DNA from: a virus
Taxonomy: Duplodnaviria > Caudoviricetes
DNA length: 64,000 nt
IMG/VR virus record: IMGVR_UViG_3300027914_001163
Span: 127,434 to 191,433 of that record
Reading direction: 5' to 3' (one strand)
How positions within the stretch are numbered: the first letter of the stretch is position 1; every line of letters starts with the position of its first letter. The position numbers and the translations under genes are program-made. The notes beneath the pieces were generated by a model. The model was not told the DNA's origin. It searched no databases and saw only the letters and a program-made list of their open reading frames with translations. This document shows, one piece after another, positions 41,575-51,940 of this stretch.

Positions 41575-42363
41575 TTGATGAAACGTAAGTACGACGAATA
41601 TTTTGTCAGGCCATTTGATCTCAGGTTTTTTGAGGACAATCCTGAATATGGTGTCGAAGTTCCCAAACAGAACCATGATGCCATAAAACAATCAGTCCTC
41701 AAGCAATTTTCAGATTTTAAAACATTTGTGGATAACGGCGAAGACTTGATAAACTCGATTTTAAAATCGGGCGATGTCAATGAAATCAAAGACCTGGCGA
41801 ACAAACTCAGGAACACGTATAATCAAATCATCAATACTTTTGCTCGATTCGAGATTGATGTAAACCGTTTATAAATTATGTCTGAACGTCATGATAGTAA
41901 TATTAAAAACTTAAAAAAATTCAAAGAACAGTTTATCCAAGAGTGCTGTGATGCGGCTTTGGATAAAGTTGAAAATTATATCAATGATGTTTATCAGACT
42001 AACAAGACCGAAATCGAAAAAGTAACTGTTCTTTCAGAAGATAAAAACGAAGCACCTGTTGTTTCATCTGTTTCAACTCAGATAACATTTAAAAGATCAA
42101 AAGCCCAAAATAAAAACATTCTACATGTGGAAATGGGCGGAGTAAACAGAATGGACAAAGATGCTTTGACCGCTTCATGGCATGGAACTGGACTTCATAT
42201 AAGATCGGATATATTGGAGTACATCTTCGGCAAGGCTCAAAAACAATCCACTCCAACAACGGAAGAAGGACAGACTCAACAAGAAATGGGGAAATATTAT
42301 ATTGACCCATCCAATGCCGATACACGATTCGTTCTTTCGATAAAGGGCGCAAAAATAAAATGA
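41575..42363 (+). CDS. Two hypothetical structural-module genes (41575-41874, 41878-42363)
   Basis: Co-oriented ORFs between the neck and tail terminator genes. Confidence 0.55.
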
Positions 42364-43082
42364 GTACCACACAACTTTTGCCATATTACTTGTTTGGAAT
42401 ATATGTTTTAGAGATCAGCAAGTTCTTTGAAACACGTTTCAACAATAATATAATTTGGGATTCAACAGCCAAGGCATCAACATTGCAAGTTTGGTATGGT
42501 ACTCCTCGTGCCGCCTTCAGATACATGTATACCAAATTCAACAATAAAATAGTTCTTCCAATGATGAACTTTTTTATTGCCGGAACAAAACGTGATCTCA
42601 CCAGAGAAAAGACTGCCGTTTATTTATGGGATGACGAATCATATGATCCAGTAGATAACACAGTGGCCATCATGAGAAATCCTGCACACTTTGATGTCAC
42701 ATTCTCTTTTAATCTTTGGACAAACGACAACCGAGAAAGAGATTTTATAATGCATAAAATCTTTCAATCGTTTCCTATGGGAGAATTGTCGCTTGTGTAT
42801 TTTCCTGATCCGAAAGTACGTTCGAACTATTTATTAATGCCCCTGAAACTTTCTGACGAGTTTGCCGACGAATCCAACATCGAAGGACAGGAAATGAAAG
42901 AAACAAGGGATGCTGTCAAAACCACATTCCAATTAACGGCTCATGCGATAGTACCTTATAATGTATATCGTGTTCCGGTTATTACCAGGTTCGATGTTTC
43001 CAATGATATGGTTGTATATGACGGTACTAAATGGCAAACCGTATCAGAAGTTGATTTTTCGGAAAATGTCGTAGGTCCTTAA
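42360..43082 (+). CDS. gp15: Tail terminator / sheath stabiliser (T4 gp15-like)
   Basis: VWYGTP, LPMMNF, D..R and PAHFDVTFSFNLWT...IMHKIFQSF; lies upstream of the sheath. Confidence 0.7.
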   Translation: MSTTQLLPYYLFGIYVLEISKFFETRFNNNIIWDSTAKASTLQVWYGTPRAAFRYMYTKFNNKIVLPMMNFFIAGTKRDLTREKTAVYLWDDESYDPVDNTVAIMRNPAHFDVTFSFNLWTNDNRERDFIMHKIFQSFPMGELSLVYFPDPKVRSNYLLMPLKLSDEFADESNIEGQEMKETRDAVKTTFQLTAHAIVPYNVYRVPVITRFDVSNDMVVYDGTKWQTVSEVDFSENVVGP

Positions 43083-43144
43083 TTTTTTAGAAATTTTTCA
43101 TCTTCATATTGAATATATAGAAAAGAAAAGGTTCGAGGTAGATA

Positions 43145-43321
43145 ATGAAAACATACAAAATATCAAGCAAAGTATATGTAGCTTTGCCAGTTCCGATAAG
43201 CGAAATGGAAACATTGGTCATACCAAAAAAAGGTGGCTCAATCACCAGGCAATTTGAAGAACTGCCATACGCTCTAAAAGAATATCAATCCAAACATCTT
43301 ATTAACATCGAAGAAATATAA
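43145..43321 (+). CDS. 58-aa hypothetical protein, missing from the ORF track
   Basis: GAGGT RBS; MKTYKISSKVYVALPVP...INIEEI; fills the gap before the sheath. Confidence 0.65.
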   Translation: MKTYKISSKVYVALPVPISEMETLVIPKKGGSITRQFEELPYALKEYQSKHLINIEEI

Positions 43322-43338
43322 CTGGAGGAAAACATACA

Positions 43339-46300
43339 ATGGCCGAAACAGTAAACGATATACTTGGTAAAGGTTTTAAATACGAAGAACGCACCGAAGT
43401 TGAAAATCTGGTAAGCAATCTTTCTGGAACGAAAGTTGCCCTGGTCGGTGTTGCCAATTGGGGTCCAATTGGAATCCCTACCCAAGTAATTAACAGCTTT
43501 AAAAATTACTTCGGTTCAGAAATCAACCGAGACACACTGAGCAAAGATTACTCTGGAATGGTTGCCGCTTCTGTTATCGGCGTAGTTCCTTCCTGCTATT
43601 TCACTCGTGTTGCCGATGGAACCGAACAAAAATCAAGTCTGAAAATAACCAAAGCGTCCAAGGCCGCCATCTTTACCGGACAAAAAAACGTTCAAGGTAA
43701 ATCACTCAAGGTTGCCGAAACATGTAATCTCTTTAAATGCCAGATCAACGCCGAACCAGATTCGGTAGTGAGCATCACAATGAGTCCACGTTGCGCAGCT
43801 CTTGAAAGCGGAGAACTTCCAACGAGCCTTACTGACCCATTGGCCGTCAATTTCAATGTTGGAGACTACATTGAATTTTATGTTGATGGAATTTCTTACC
43901 AATACATAATCAACAGTTCAAGCGATATTCTGTGCAAACTTGTAGGTGTTTCAAAGTTTGATGACTCTCACTTTGGCGGAAAGGCTCTTGACAACTTGGT
44001 CAACTATGTAGATCGTATAATCTACGCTATCAAGACAAACATCATTGGTGGTGGAGATGTTACCAGGATAATTCGCAAAGTTGGCACAAATAAAATATCC
44101 ATCAACAGCAACGAGCGTGGTTCAAGTTCAGTTCTTAAAATTACCAACTTCCCTGTTGTATTCCCAAGCGCATCTTCAACTTCGCCGTTGATGTCGTCTT
44201 CAGCGAACTCTTCAGCGGAATCAGTAATCAACGAAATCAAGAACAGCATTACTGCTCTGGCACAAGCGTATGTCAGTTCAGATAAAAAGTTTGAAATACA
44301 AACACTGTTGAAAGGTGCTTCCGCTCATATCAAAGTTCTTCCGAAATCAATTCTTGATCGCAATGCAGATTTTGACACCAACATGATTCTCGATGCCGGA
44401 ACCTTTTCGACTCCAGGATTAACAAGTTGGGTTCAAGTATCCGATGGTCTTCTTGCGGCACTGGCATTCGGAACAGGACAAGTGATAACAACTCCTTCGG
44501 GTACAGTCGGAGCTGCGGCAACAGCAGGACATCAAGGTTTAGGATTAACCGGAAAATCTGGATCAAGCGATACAGGTCTTGCCGGTGAAACCACATACAA
44601 CTTTACAATAGCAGTTGACGGTGGAACTGCGCAAGTGTGCAGTATTACAACCAGTTCAACAACGCCAGTAACATTCACGGCTCTTATCGCCCTCCTTGAC
44701 GCAGAAGTCACAGGAGCAACCTTCTCAATTGTTGGCGGAGACCTCGTAGCAACATCTTCTACAACAGGCGCAACATCAGCCATTCTTCTTGGAAATGGTG
44801 CTACCAGTAATCTGTTTGCCGCTATCACAGGTTTCACGGCTTTTGCAACGGCTGTTGCCGGAACAAACGCAACAAGCGGTTATGCTAACATTCACTTTGC
44901 AACAGGAATCGTTGCTACTGACCCTTGCCAGTTACCGGCAGGAACCTATCTTCTCAGTTTAAACGTTGACGGATCGGGAGCATCTGATCGTTCAATCGTT
45001 CTTCAGGGATATGAAACATGGCAACAAGTTGCTGAAGTTATCGACGCTTTAACAGGATTGGCTTCGAGCATTGTCGGTGGTGATCTCAGAATATCTTCTG
45101 AAACAACCGGAGCATCTTCAAGCGTTGTTATCGCTGAAGGTTCTGGAGCTGCAACCGGAGTATCGATAACATCAGGGACCGGCGTGGCAAATATTGTCAC
45201 AAGCGGTACTGCAAAACTGGCGCAAAGCGTTTCTCAAATGTTTGCTGTATCTGCAAACCAAGCATATCAAAAAGGAGAACTGTATTTTGTGCCATCAGGT
45301 GGCAGTTACACATCTGGAATTATCAAGGTTGTTGTTTATAAAGGACACGAAGTTCTCGCAAGCCAAACTATAACAGCAATCACCAATCCAATCCGTGTTA
45401 CCTTTTATCTGCAAGGCGCAGGATCGGATTACAGAATATCGTGGCAACCGGTTGTTATTAACACAGCAACAACGCTTACCATAGACAATCTGTTTCTCGG
45501 ACTGGAACGTGCCACTCCGAACAACGATCTTCTTGATTTCCTGGGAGTCGTTGATAACAATGGAGCATATGATCTGACATACGATGCAGTTCTCAGACCG
45601 ACAAATATTTTCTCAGGTCAAGATTCAAATCTTGATATGGGTACTCTTGAAGCGGTTTACACTGGTTCCGATGGAAACAATGTGTACATGGTTAAGCAGA
45701 CGCAATCTGGAATAGAGACCATGACATTCTACAGCGATACCCAAATGCTTGGCAAGATTGTTAATTTCAGTTATACAGTTGCCGATGATTTCTTCTTCGG
45801 AAATTCAATTAACAACGATTCCAAGATAAAACAATATGTTCTGTATATTCTTCCGACAACTCCTCCAGCGGTAATTGAAACAATTCCAGATGGAACATAT
45901 AGACTGTCTGGAGGTTCTTCAGGTATCAGTGGCGTAGTTGATGCTCAGTATGCAACAGCACTGGACGCTTATACAAACCTTGACATCTTCGATGTTGATA
46001 TAGTATGCGTTGTCGGAAACAGCACATCAATCGTCATAAGCAAAATACAAGAAGTTTGCGAACGCAGGAAAGATTGCTTCGGCGTAATTGACCCTCCAGA
46101 AATAGTCGCCGGAAAACCAGGAGGAGTTGCAACCGGTGGAGCAGATGCAATGATCTACTGGCACAACGGTCAAATGCCTTCTCTGCTGAACATGAAACTC
46201 GACAGCAAATACCTGGTAACATATTTTCCGTGGGTATTGAAAACCACAAAGTCTGTTGTTAATGCTGAACAGTGGATGCCTCCTTCAATATCAGCAGTTC

Positions 46301-46854
46301 CGATAATCGTATCGATGGATAAAGAAAAAGCAAATATCTTTAATCCACCAGCGGGTATCACAGCATCGATTACGGACATCAGCGATATAGCCTATTACTT
46401 GGATGATACTGAGAAAGGTCGTATCTATGATGATAATATCGGAAACAACATCAACCCGATTGTGTTCACATCGAAAAACGGTTTCTTCATTGACGGTCAG
46501 AAAACATGTCAAAGAGCACGTAACGCCTATAACCGTATAGACATTATGCGTGTGGCTCTGTTTATGAAACGCCATCTGCAAGACATGGTTCCGTTCTACT
46601 TTTACAAACCGATCATCAAAGATACCAGAGATGACTTCGTGGCTGCTGTTAAGAAAGAGATCATGGAACCTCTTGTCAAGAAGAACAAGATTAAACCTGA
46701 ACCTGATTATACTATCGATATGTCAAACAACACTGACATTATTGAAGCCAGCCAGGGTATGGTAGCGGTGATCGAATGGACACCGATTAAATCTCTTGAG
46801 AAGATCAAAGTTATCTCGTACATGAAGGATACACAAGTTATCGTACAGTTTTAA
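43339..46854 (+). CDS. gp18: Contractile tail sheath protein with large insertions
   Basis: N-terminal ALVGVANWGPIGIP, YFG, YFTRVADG; C-terminal LSGGSSG, RKDCFGVIDPP, YFPWV, MPPS, INPIV, GQKT, RIDIMR. Confidence 0.92.
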   Translation: MAETVNDILGKGFKYEERTEVENLVSNLSGTKVALVGVANWGPIGIPTQVINSFKNYFGSEINRDTLSKDYSGMVAASVIGVVPSCYFTRVADGTEQKSSLKITKASKAAIFTGQKNVQGKSLKVAETCNLFKCQINAEPDSVVSITMSPRCAALESGELPTSLTDPLAVNFNVGDYIEFYVDGISYQYIINSSSDILCKLVGVSKFDDSHFGGKALDNLVNYVDRIIYAIKTNIIGGGDVTRIIRKVGTNKISINSNERGSSSVLKITNFPVVFPSASSTSPLMSSSANSSAESVINEIKNSITALAQAYVSSDKKFEIQTLLKGASAHIKVLPKSILDRNADFDTNMILDAGTFSTPGLTSWVQVSDGLLAALAFGTGQVITTPSGTVGAAATAGHQGLGLTGKSGSSDTGLAGETTYNFTIAVDGGTAQVCSITTSSTTPVTFTALIALLDAEVTGATFSIVGGDLVATSSTTGATSAILLGNGATSNLFAAITGFTAFATAVAGTNATSGYANIHFATGIVATDPCQLPAGTYLLSLNVDGSGASDRSIVLQGYETWQQVAEVIDALTGLASSIVGGDLRISSETTGASSSVVIAEGSGAATGVSITSGTGVANIVTSGTAKLAQSVSQMFAVSANQAYQKGELYFVPSGGSYTSGIIKVVVYKGHEVLASQTITAITNPIRVTFYLQGAGSDYRISWQPVVINTATTLTIDNLFLGLERATPNNDLLDFLGVVDNNGAYDLTYDAVLRPTNIFSGQDSNLDMGTLEAVYTGSDGNNVYMVKQTQSGIETMTFYSDTQMLGKIVNFSYTVADDFFFGNSINNDSKIKQYVLYILPTTPPAVIETIPDGTYRLSGGSSGISGVVDAQYATALDAYTNLDIFDVDIVCVVGNSTSIVISKIQEVCERRKDCFGVIDPPEIVAGKPGGVATGGADAMIYWHNGQMPSLLNMKLDSKYLVTYFPWVLKTTKSVVNAEQWMPPSISAVPIIVSMDKEKANIFNPPAGITASITDISDIAYYLDDTEKGRIYDDNIGNNINPIVFTSKNGFFIDGQKTCQRARNAYNRIDIMRVALFMKRHLQDMVPFYFYKPIIKDTRDDFVAAVKKEIMEPLVKKNKIKPEPDYTIDMSNNTDIIEASQGMVAVIEWTPIKSLEKIKVISYMKDTQVIVQF

Positions 46855-46956
46855 TTGGAGGGAGAAATTTTCTCTCCAATTAAAAAAAAAGAGATAATTG
46901 TCAATATGAGTAAGAATATAAATATGACATTTTAGCAATCTAACGAGGTATGCAAC

Positions 46957-47670
46957 ATGGCCGGAAAAGGTAATATATTCAGAATCAAAAAGGTTTACAA
47001 CGAACAAACTATCAACGTCAACCGTTGGAGTATTCGATTCGTTGGGCTGACCGACATGCTTCTGAACAAAGCACCGAACTCTCCTTTGTTCGGTGTACAA
47101 GAAATGTACAAATCAGTAAAGAACGCTCTCGGCGGTGACCCTCAAACAAGTCTTGAAATATCATTGGTATCAAGTAACTTTCCAATTCCGAAATTGGAAA
47201 CGAATGAAATACCCCGTTTCAATGACCAGTTTAAAAGCGTTACAAAGTTTGCCGCTATGGAAAACCTTTCAGTAACGTTCATCGATTACGTCAACGGTTC
47301 GGCTTCTTCAATACTTCAATTGTGGAGAGCCTTCGTTGGAGATAAGAGAACTGGTGCTATCGGCTTCAAACAGGACTATGTTCTTCCTGAAGCAAACTTT
47401 TATGTTTACGGTCCGGATGCACCAGGTTACAGTGATGATTACTGTGATCAGCACGGTGGTCCTCCGTTCCTGCAAAAATATGCGCTCATCAATCTGTATC
47501 CTATTGAAGTCAACTTTCCAGAGCACACAGATGCCGGTGAACCTCGCAGGATAACAGTTGTATTCGTGACTGATAACATCTATCCAGAAACCATCTACAC
47601 GTACAACTACGAAGCCACTAATCCTCTTGAGCGTTATCAAAACGCTGCCGCCGTCCTCGGACAAGCGTAA
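46957..47670 (+). CDS. gp19: Tail tube protein (T4 gp19-like)
   Basis: Follows the sheath; NRWSIRF, FP.P, LSVTFID, LQLWR...TG.IGFKQDY, LINLYP, VVFVTD. Confidence 0.75.
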   Translation: MAGKGNIFRIKKVYNEQTINVNRWSIRFVGLTDMLLNKAPNSPLFGVQEMYKSVKNALGGDPQTSLEISLVSSNFPIPKLETNEIPRFNDQFKSVTKFAAMENLSVTFIDYVNGSASSILQLWRAFVGDKRTGAIGFKQDYVLPEANFYVYGPDAPGYSDDYCDQHGGPPFLQKYALINLYPIEVNFPEHTDAGEPRRITVVFVTDNIYPETIYTYNYEATNPLERYQNAAAVLGQA

Positions 47671-47717
47671 GGGGTTGGTTTCACAATATAAAATCTTATT
47701 TTACGTTCCTACCTTTG

Positions 47718-47747
47718 AAGGCCGAGTGCAATGCTCGGCTTTTTTTT
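47718..47747 (+). terminator. Rho-independent terminator after the tail tube
   Basis: GCCGAG-TGCAATG-CTCGGC followed by a T run. Confidence 0.85.
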
Positions 47748-47885
47748 ATTATAAGCAATAATTTTTCTTGACAACAAAACGGTTCAATGTAATATATATT
47801 CAATTGTGTAAAAGTCAGCCGGACTGTAACGGCAAATTTATTTACTAACCTCAAATTATTAACTTTAATTTCGGAGGTATTTTAA

Positions 47886-47942
47886 ATGGGTTATCCTGCC
47901 AACAAGACAACGATAGCCCCAAGATCAAGGCGGAAAGCATAA
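47886..47942 (+). CDS. 18-aa small ORF MGYPANKTTIAPRSRRKA
   Basis: GGAGGT RBS, own TTGACA promoter at 47768 and a downstream terminator. Confidence 0.5.
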   Translation: MGYPANKTTIAPRSRRKA

Positions 47943-47959
47943 CTTGTCCGCCGAACCTA

Positions 47960-47993
47960 AAGCCCAAGCCCATACCGGACTTGGGTTTTTTTT
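47960..47993 (+). terminator. Rho-independent terminator
   Basis: AAGCCCAAG...CTTGGGTTTTTTTT. Confidence 0.7.
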
Positions 47994-48044
47994 GCACGAA
48001 TTTTTAGAAAAAAAGTTGACAAATTATCATACTTGAATTACATT
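47991..48044 (+). promoter_or_regulatory. Conserved early promoter, copy 3
   Basis: TTTGCACGAA-N15-TTGACA-AATTATCATACT..(17 bp)-TACATT. Confidence 0.8.
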
Positions 48045-48088
48045 GTTTTTAACAGAGAGAATACATCTAATCTACCAGGAGCAATTAA

Positions 48089-48832
48089 ATGAGTGATCTG
48101 TTTAAGAGTGCTGAGTTATTAGAGATCGAAAAAAAAGTAATCGATCTGGAAAAAAACAGGCCGTGGGATGCCCGAAAGAAAGAATATAAAGCAACAGACC
48201 GTGAGATTGCTTCTTTGACAACTCAGGCTGAAAAACTTATCGCTTCTAAAACACAACAGTATCTCCAAGACAATGGATATACTATTGATGAATCAGGATA
48301 CCTTTTTGACCCTGAAAGCAAATTACAACTCAGAATATATCCGCATTTTCATTATCAAGGATATAGAGAAAAAAACTGTGTGGCACATGCTGTTATTTCT
48401 TCCAATTTAAGCAGAGCCGGAAGTTTTAATAAAGATTCCATTTGCGTTGAGCATAATGACCAAGATACACTGAAAAAGATAAACGATTTTTTCAATAGCG
48501 AAAAAACCAAATGGATTGAAGAGAGCCGGAGACATGCCATTCAAGTCCATAATCAAAACGTTCTCAATGAACAAATGAACGTAAAAAACTTGCCGTTTGC
48601 CGAAAACCAATGGAAAGTAAACTATCTGACCAATGAAGGAAGCCACAGATTAGGAGATGGCGGAGGAATGTATGAAGTTGATTGTTTCTATGAGCGAGTT
48701 ACGTTCGATGCAAGACTGCGTGTTATATCCGACAATCCCGAAGAGATAGTGGCAATAACTAAAGCGTTTGATAAGTTTGTAAAAAGTTGTACGAATCTTA
48801 AAGAAGAACCACAGCATAAAATAGGAGAATAA
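48089..48832 (+). CDS. Hypothetical early protein
   Basis: AGGAG RBS downstream of promoter copy 3. Confidence 0.7.
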   Translation: MSDLFKSAELLEIEKKVIDLEKNRPWDARKKEYKATDREIASLTTQAEKLIASKTQQYLQDNGYTIDESGYLFDPESKLQLRIYPHFHYQGYREKNCVAHAVISSNLSRAGSFNKDSICVEHNDQDTLKKINDFFNSEKTKWIEESRRHAIQVHNQNVLNEQMNVKNLPFAENQWKVNYLTNEGSHRLGDGGGMYEVDCFYERVTFDARLRVISDNPEEIVAITKAFDKFVKSCTNLKEEPQHKIGE

Positions 48833-49171
48833 CAATAGTGTTAGCACCAGATGAAGAAAAAAGAATTCTGTCTTTATGGGATAAGATGTCAGAATCAAAA
48901 AAGACAGAACATGAAATCATAGAGTACATAGTCGGAGTGACGAACATAGCAGAATGGGAAGTCATCGGCTATATCATTAAAAAACGTTTTATGGCAAGGA
49001 TATGAAAAGCAAGATACAGCAGACATTAAAACTGAGGCTCGTTACCAAAGCCCCGAAGATCATACGCCATAAAAAGGAGTATACTCGTAAGATCAAACAT
49101 AAGAAGGAAGTTGATACCGAATAACTACGTCCTCATTTTTTCCTACCACAACTATCCAACCAAACCCCAAT

Positions 49172-49206
49172 TTATAGCCTATGTTAGCGCATAGGCTTCT
49201 TTTTTT
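49172..49206. terminator. Terminator between convergent units
   Basis: AGCCTATG-loop-CATAGGCT followed by a T run. Confidence 0.65.
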
Positions 49207-49630
49207 ATTTAATGCGTTTCTTGAATGCCGGTATCAAAGAAAACACTGCAAGCATTTTAGGGTCAGTTAGTTCTGCTATGGCTCTCCACTTCTGGATTCC
49301 TCTTGTTGCTTTTCCGATCTTCTCAGCCCTTATAACACTGCTGATCTTCTTTATTCCTGCATCATCTGTAACCGGCATACCGATAACCTTATCAACTGTA
49401 TCACTGGCCGGACGCTCAAGAAAAAACTCAAGTTCAAGTTTTTTTCCTTCCATCGATTTCTCAGATGGCTTCCTTGATGTTGTTGCCTTGATTGTTGTTT
49501 TCTTTTTTGCAACGGCCTTTTTCTTTTTGGTCTTCTTCTTTTTAATGTCTTTAAGATTCTCTTCGTATTCTTCGTTCGCCTTGTTAATCAAGGCTTTCTT
49601 AGGACTATAACTTCTTGGTGGAAAAAACAT
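49205..49630 (-). CDS. Lys-rich hypothetical protein
   Basis: GAGG RBS; KKKKTKKKKAVAKKK tract. Confidence 0.6.
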   Translation of the reverse strand: MFFPPRSYSPKKALINKANEEYEENLKDIKKKKTKKKKAVAKKKTTIKATTSRKPSEKSMEGKKLELEFFLERPASDTVDKVIGMPVTDDAGIKKISSVIRAEKIGKATRGIQKWRAIAELTDPKMLAVFSLIPAFKKRIK

Positions 49631-49668
49631 AATTGTACCTCGCTTTGAAAAATTATATTACAGCCGTA

Positions 49669-51939
49669 TTAAATTTTCTCACATACGACTGCCGACTCCC
49701 AATCACGTTTTTCTATTCTGGTAATCGTATCAGGAATAAAGTTTTCCTTTACTTCAGTTTGGTGGCTTATGAGATAAACACCGTTGTTCTTGGCGTAACG
49801 CTCCCTGATAATATCAAGGAAGGTGAGAATCGTCGGAAGATCAACATTGGTAAATATCTCATCGAAAAATATTATATTGCATCCATCAAGGTTGACCCTG
49901 GTAAGGTCGAAGATGGCAAGGTTGATACAGAAATTCAGTTTCATCTTTTGACCGGTGCTCAGTTCGTCATACTCGTAATCTTGACCGTTGAATATAATAG
50001 TCTCGTTGAAAAACTTATCAAACGTTATAACCAGATCACCCTTGAAGACCGCATCAACCATTTGCTGTACAAAGTTATTAAAGACCGGTATAACCCGCAT
50101 GACAACAAACTGTTTAACAGAATCTTCGTTTTTAAAATCGAGACGGTTAATCCAAAAGTCGTACATAGACTTAAATTTTAACAACAAGTCCTTCTTGAGT
50201 TGCCAATCATGTAGTGTACCTTCAGTCGCCATGATGATGTCTTCACGCTGAGAAACTTCCTGCGACACATCAATCTGAGATATTTCATGCGTCTTGAGTT
50301 TAATCTGGTTGTGCATATCCAACAAATGAGATACTTCTTCTTCGCTGTTTATGAGTTCTGCCGATAAACCAAGAGCGTCCATTTGCTCATGTATCTTTTT
50401 CTGTTCAAGAAGCAGTTCATCAAATCGTTGCTCTGCCTGGTCGTACTTGTCGATAAGAGGTTGAACTCTTATTTCAGACAACGTGCGCAGTTCTTTTTCG
50501 TGCTGAATAATGTCATTGCCAACATTCAACTTGGTAATTTTCTCTTTAACAACATCGATCAGTATTTGATTCTGAGAAATCTTGGTAGTTTTATCGCTCA
50601 GTTCAATATTAAGATTGGCCAAGTTTAAAACATATTCCTGGTGAGATTTTAATAATTCTGCCAACTCTTTTTCCAGAGCATTACGTTCTTTTTCAAACTC
50701 TTCCAGGTTTTGAACAGCCTGACAATTTTTACATCGTATAGGTTCGTGTTTTTGAATTTTAAGTTTTAACGCAGAAATATTTTTTTCTGATCTTTCAATG
50801 GTTTGTTTTTCACGCTGAATATTTTTATCCAACTGATTCTTAGCATCCTCAAGTAATTCAGTACGATAATTTAATTTCTCAAGTTCAGGCGATAATGTTT
50901 TATAAGTTTCTAAATCCTCAAACACCTGGGTAAACGCAACTCCCTCTTCGGTATAATATCTTTCCAATGACGGAGTAAGTTTTTTAATTCGTTCTATTTC
51001 ATTCCTGGCGTTAAGGATTTCCATTGTTGAATTCTTTTTTAAATCTGCCTGAAATAATACATCCTTGGAAAGTTTATTATATTCAACTTCAAAAGCCTTA
51101 TACGTTTTAATATCCTCAATGATCTTATTGATAGGCTTGTTGATATTAACGATGTGGTTTACTTTCTCTCTGATGTCCTCGATTTCCTTTTGGAGTTTTG
51201 ATTTCTTTTTTTCAGCACCGTCTTTAATATCAACAATGAATTGACGGTCGCTGGAGATCATAGTTGATATTTTTGTTATCTCGTTGTTCACCAGAACTAT
51301 TTCGTCGTCAGTCGATTTCAATTTCTTTTTTGCTTTCTCAAGATATTGTTTAAGACGATTTATCTGAACAACGTTTTCAAAAATTCCACCACGCTCAGTT
51401 ACACTCAGTTCCAGGAATTGATATTTATCTTCACGAGTAAACAGGACGGACTTCTCAAACGTCTTCTTATCCAACACGATCAGACTGTTGATGATGTCCT
51501 GAGTGGGTGCTTTGTCCAGGCCGGACATATCCTTCCACTCTTCACCTTCCGGTGCTTCAGGGTTGTATTTAAAAACAAAAACCTTGTCTTTGTGCTTGTC
51601 GTGTTTGCGATACCGATCTATACGATAAATTTCATCCGTAGACGATATTAAAAAATCAAATCTTACATAGAGATTCTTTTTGGATTTCTTGTTGATGATG
51701 CGGTCTTTCTTGCGATAGTTCTTTTGAATCTCGCCATACAGCGCATATTCCATAACCATCGCCAGGGTTGACTTACCAACACCAACAGAATATTGCTCGG
51801 CAACAAATTCTTTATCATCTACTTCGGCATCATAATCAACACCGTAAATATAATGCATACCAGTAGTTTTAAAATTAAACACTTGCTTCTCACGAAACAC
51901 CAGGAAATTTTCGCACTCAACCCTTATTGGAATAATCAT
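49669..51939 (-). CDS. gp46: SbcC/Rad50-like recombination nuclease ATPase subunit (T4 gp46-like)
   Basis: Walker A GVGKST, coiled coil with CKNC zinc hook, signature LSTGQ, Walker B IIFFDE, ISH. Confidence 0.93.
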   Translation of the reverse strand: MIIPIRVECENFLVFREKQVFNFKTTGMHYIYGVDYDAEVDDKEFVAEQYSVGVGKSTLAMVMEYALYGEIQKNYRKKDRIINKKSKKNLYVRFDFLISSTDEIYRIDRYRKHDKHKDKVFVFKYNPEAPEGEEWKDMSGLDKAPTQDIINSLIVLDKKTFEKSVLFTREDKYQFLELSVTERGGIFENVVQINRLKQYLEKAKKKLKSTDDEIVLVNNEITKISTMISSDRQFIVDIKDGAEKKKSKLQKEIEDIREKVNHIVNINKPINKIIEDIKTYKAFEVEYNKLSKDVLFQADLKKNSTMEILNARNEIERIKKLTPSLERYYTEEGVAFTQVFEDLETYKTLSPELEKLNYRTELLEDAKNQLDKNIQREKQTIERSEKNISALKLKIQKHEPIRCKNCQAVQNLEEFEKERNALEKELAELLKSHQEYVLNLANLNIELSDKTTKISQNQILIDVVKEKITKLNVGNDIIQHEKELRTLSEIRVQPLIDKYDQAEQRFDELLLEQKKIHEQMDALGLSAELINSEEEVSHLLDMHNQIKLKTHEISQIDVSQEVSQREDIIMATEGTLHDWQLKKDLLLKFKSMYDFWINRLDFKNEDSVKQFVVMRVIPVFNNFVQQMVDAVFKGDLVITFDKFFNETIIFNGQDYEYDELSTGQKMKLNFCINLAIFDLTRVNLDGCNIIFFDEIFTNVDLPTILTFLDIIRERYAKNNGVYLISHQTEVKENFIPDTITRIEKRDWESAVVCEKI

Positions 51940-51940
51940 A

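Noticed and set aside
46851-46890. Inverted repeat TTAATTGGAG...CTCCAATTAA after the sheath gene as a forward terminator
   Set aside because: It is followed by an A run rather than a T run on the plus strand. It may be a reverse terminator or processing hairpin, but the evidence is insufficient to call it.
49633-50181. 182-aa plus-strand ORF
   Set aside because: It is antisense to the conserved C-terminal ATPase motifs of gp46.
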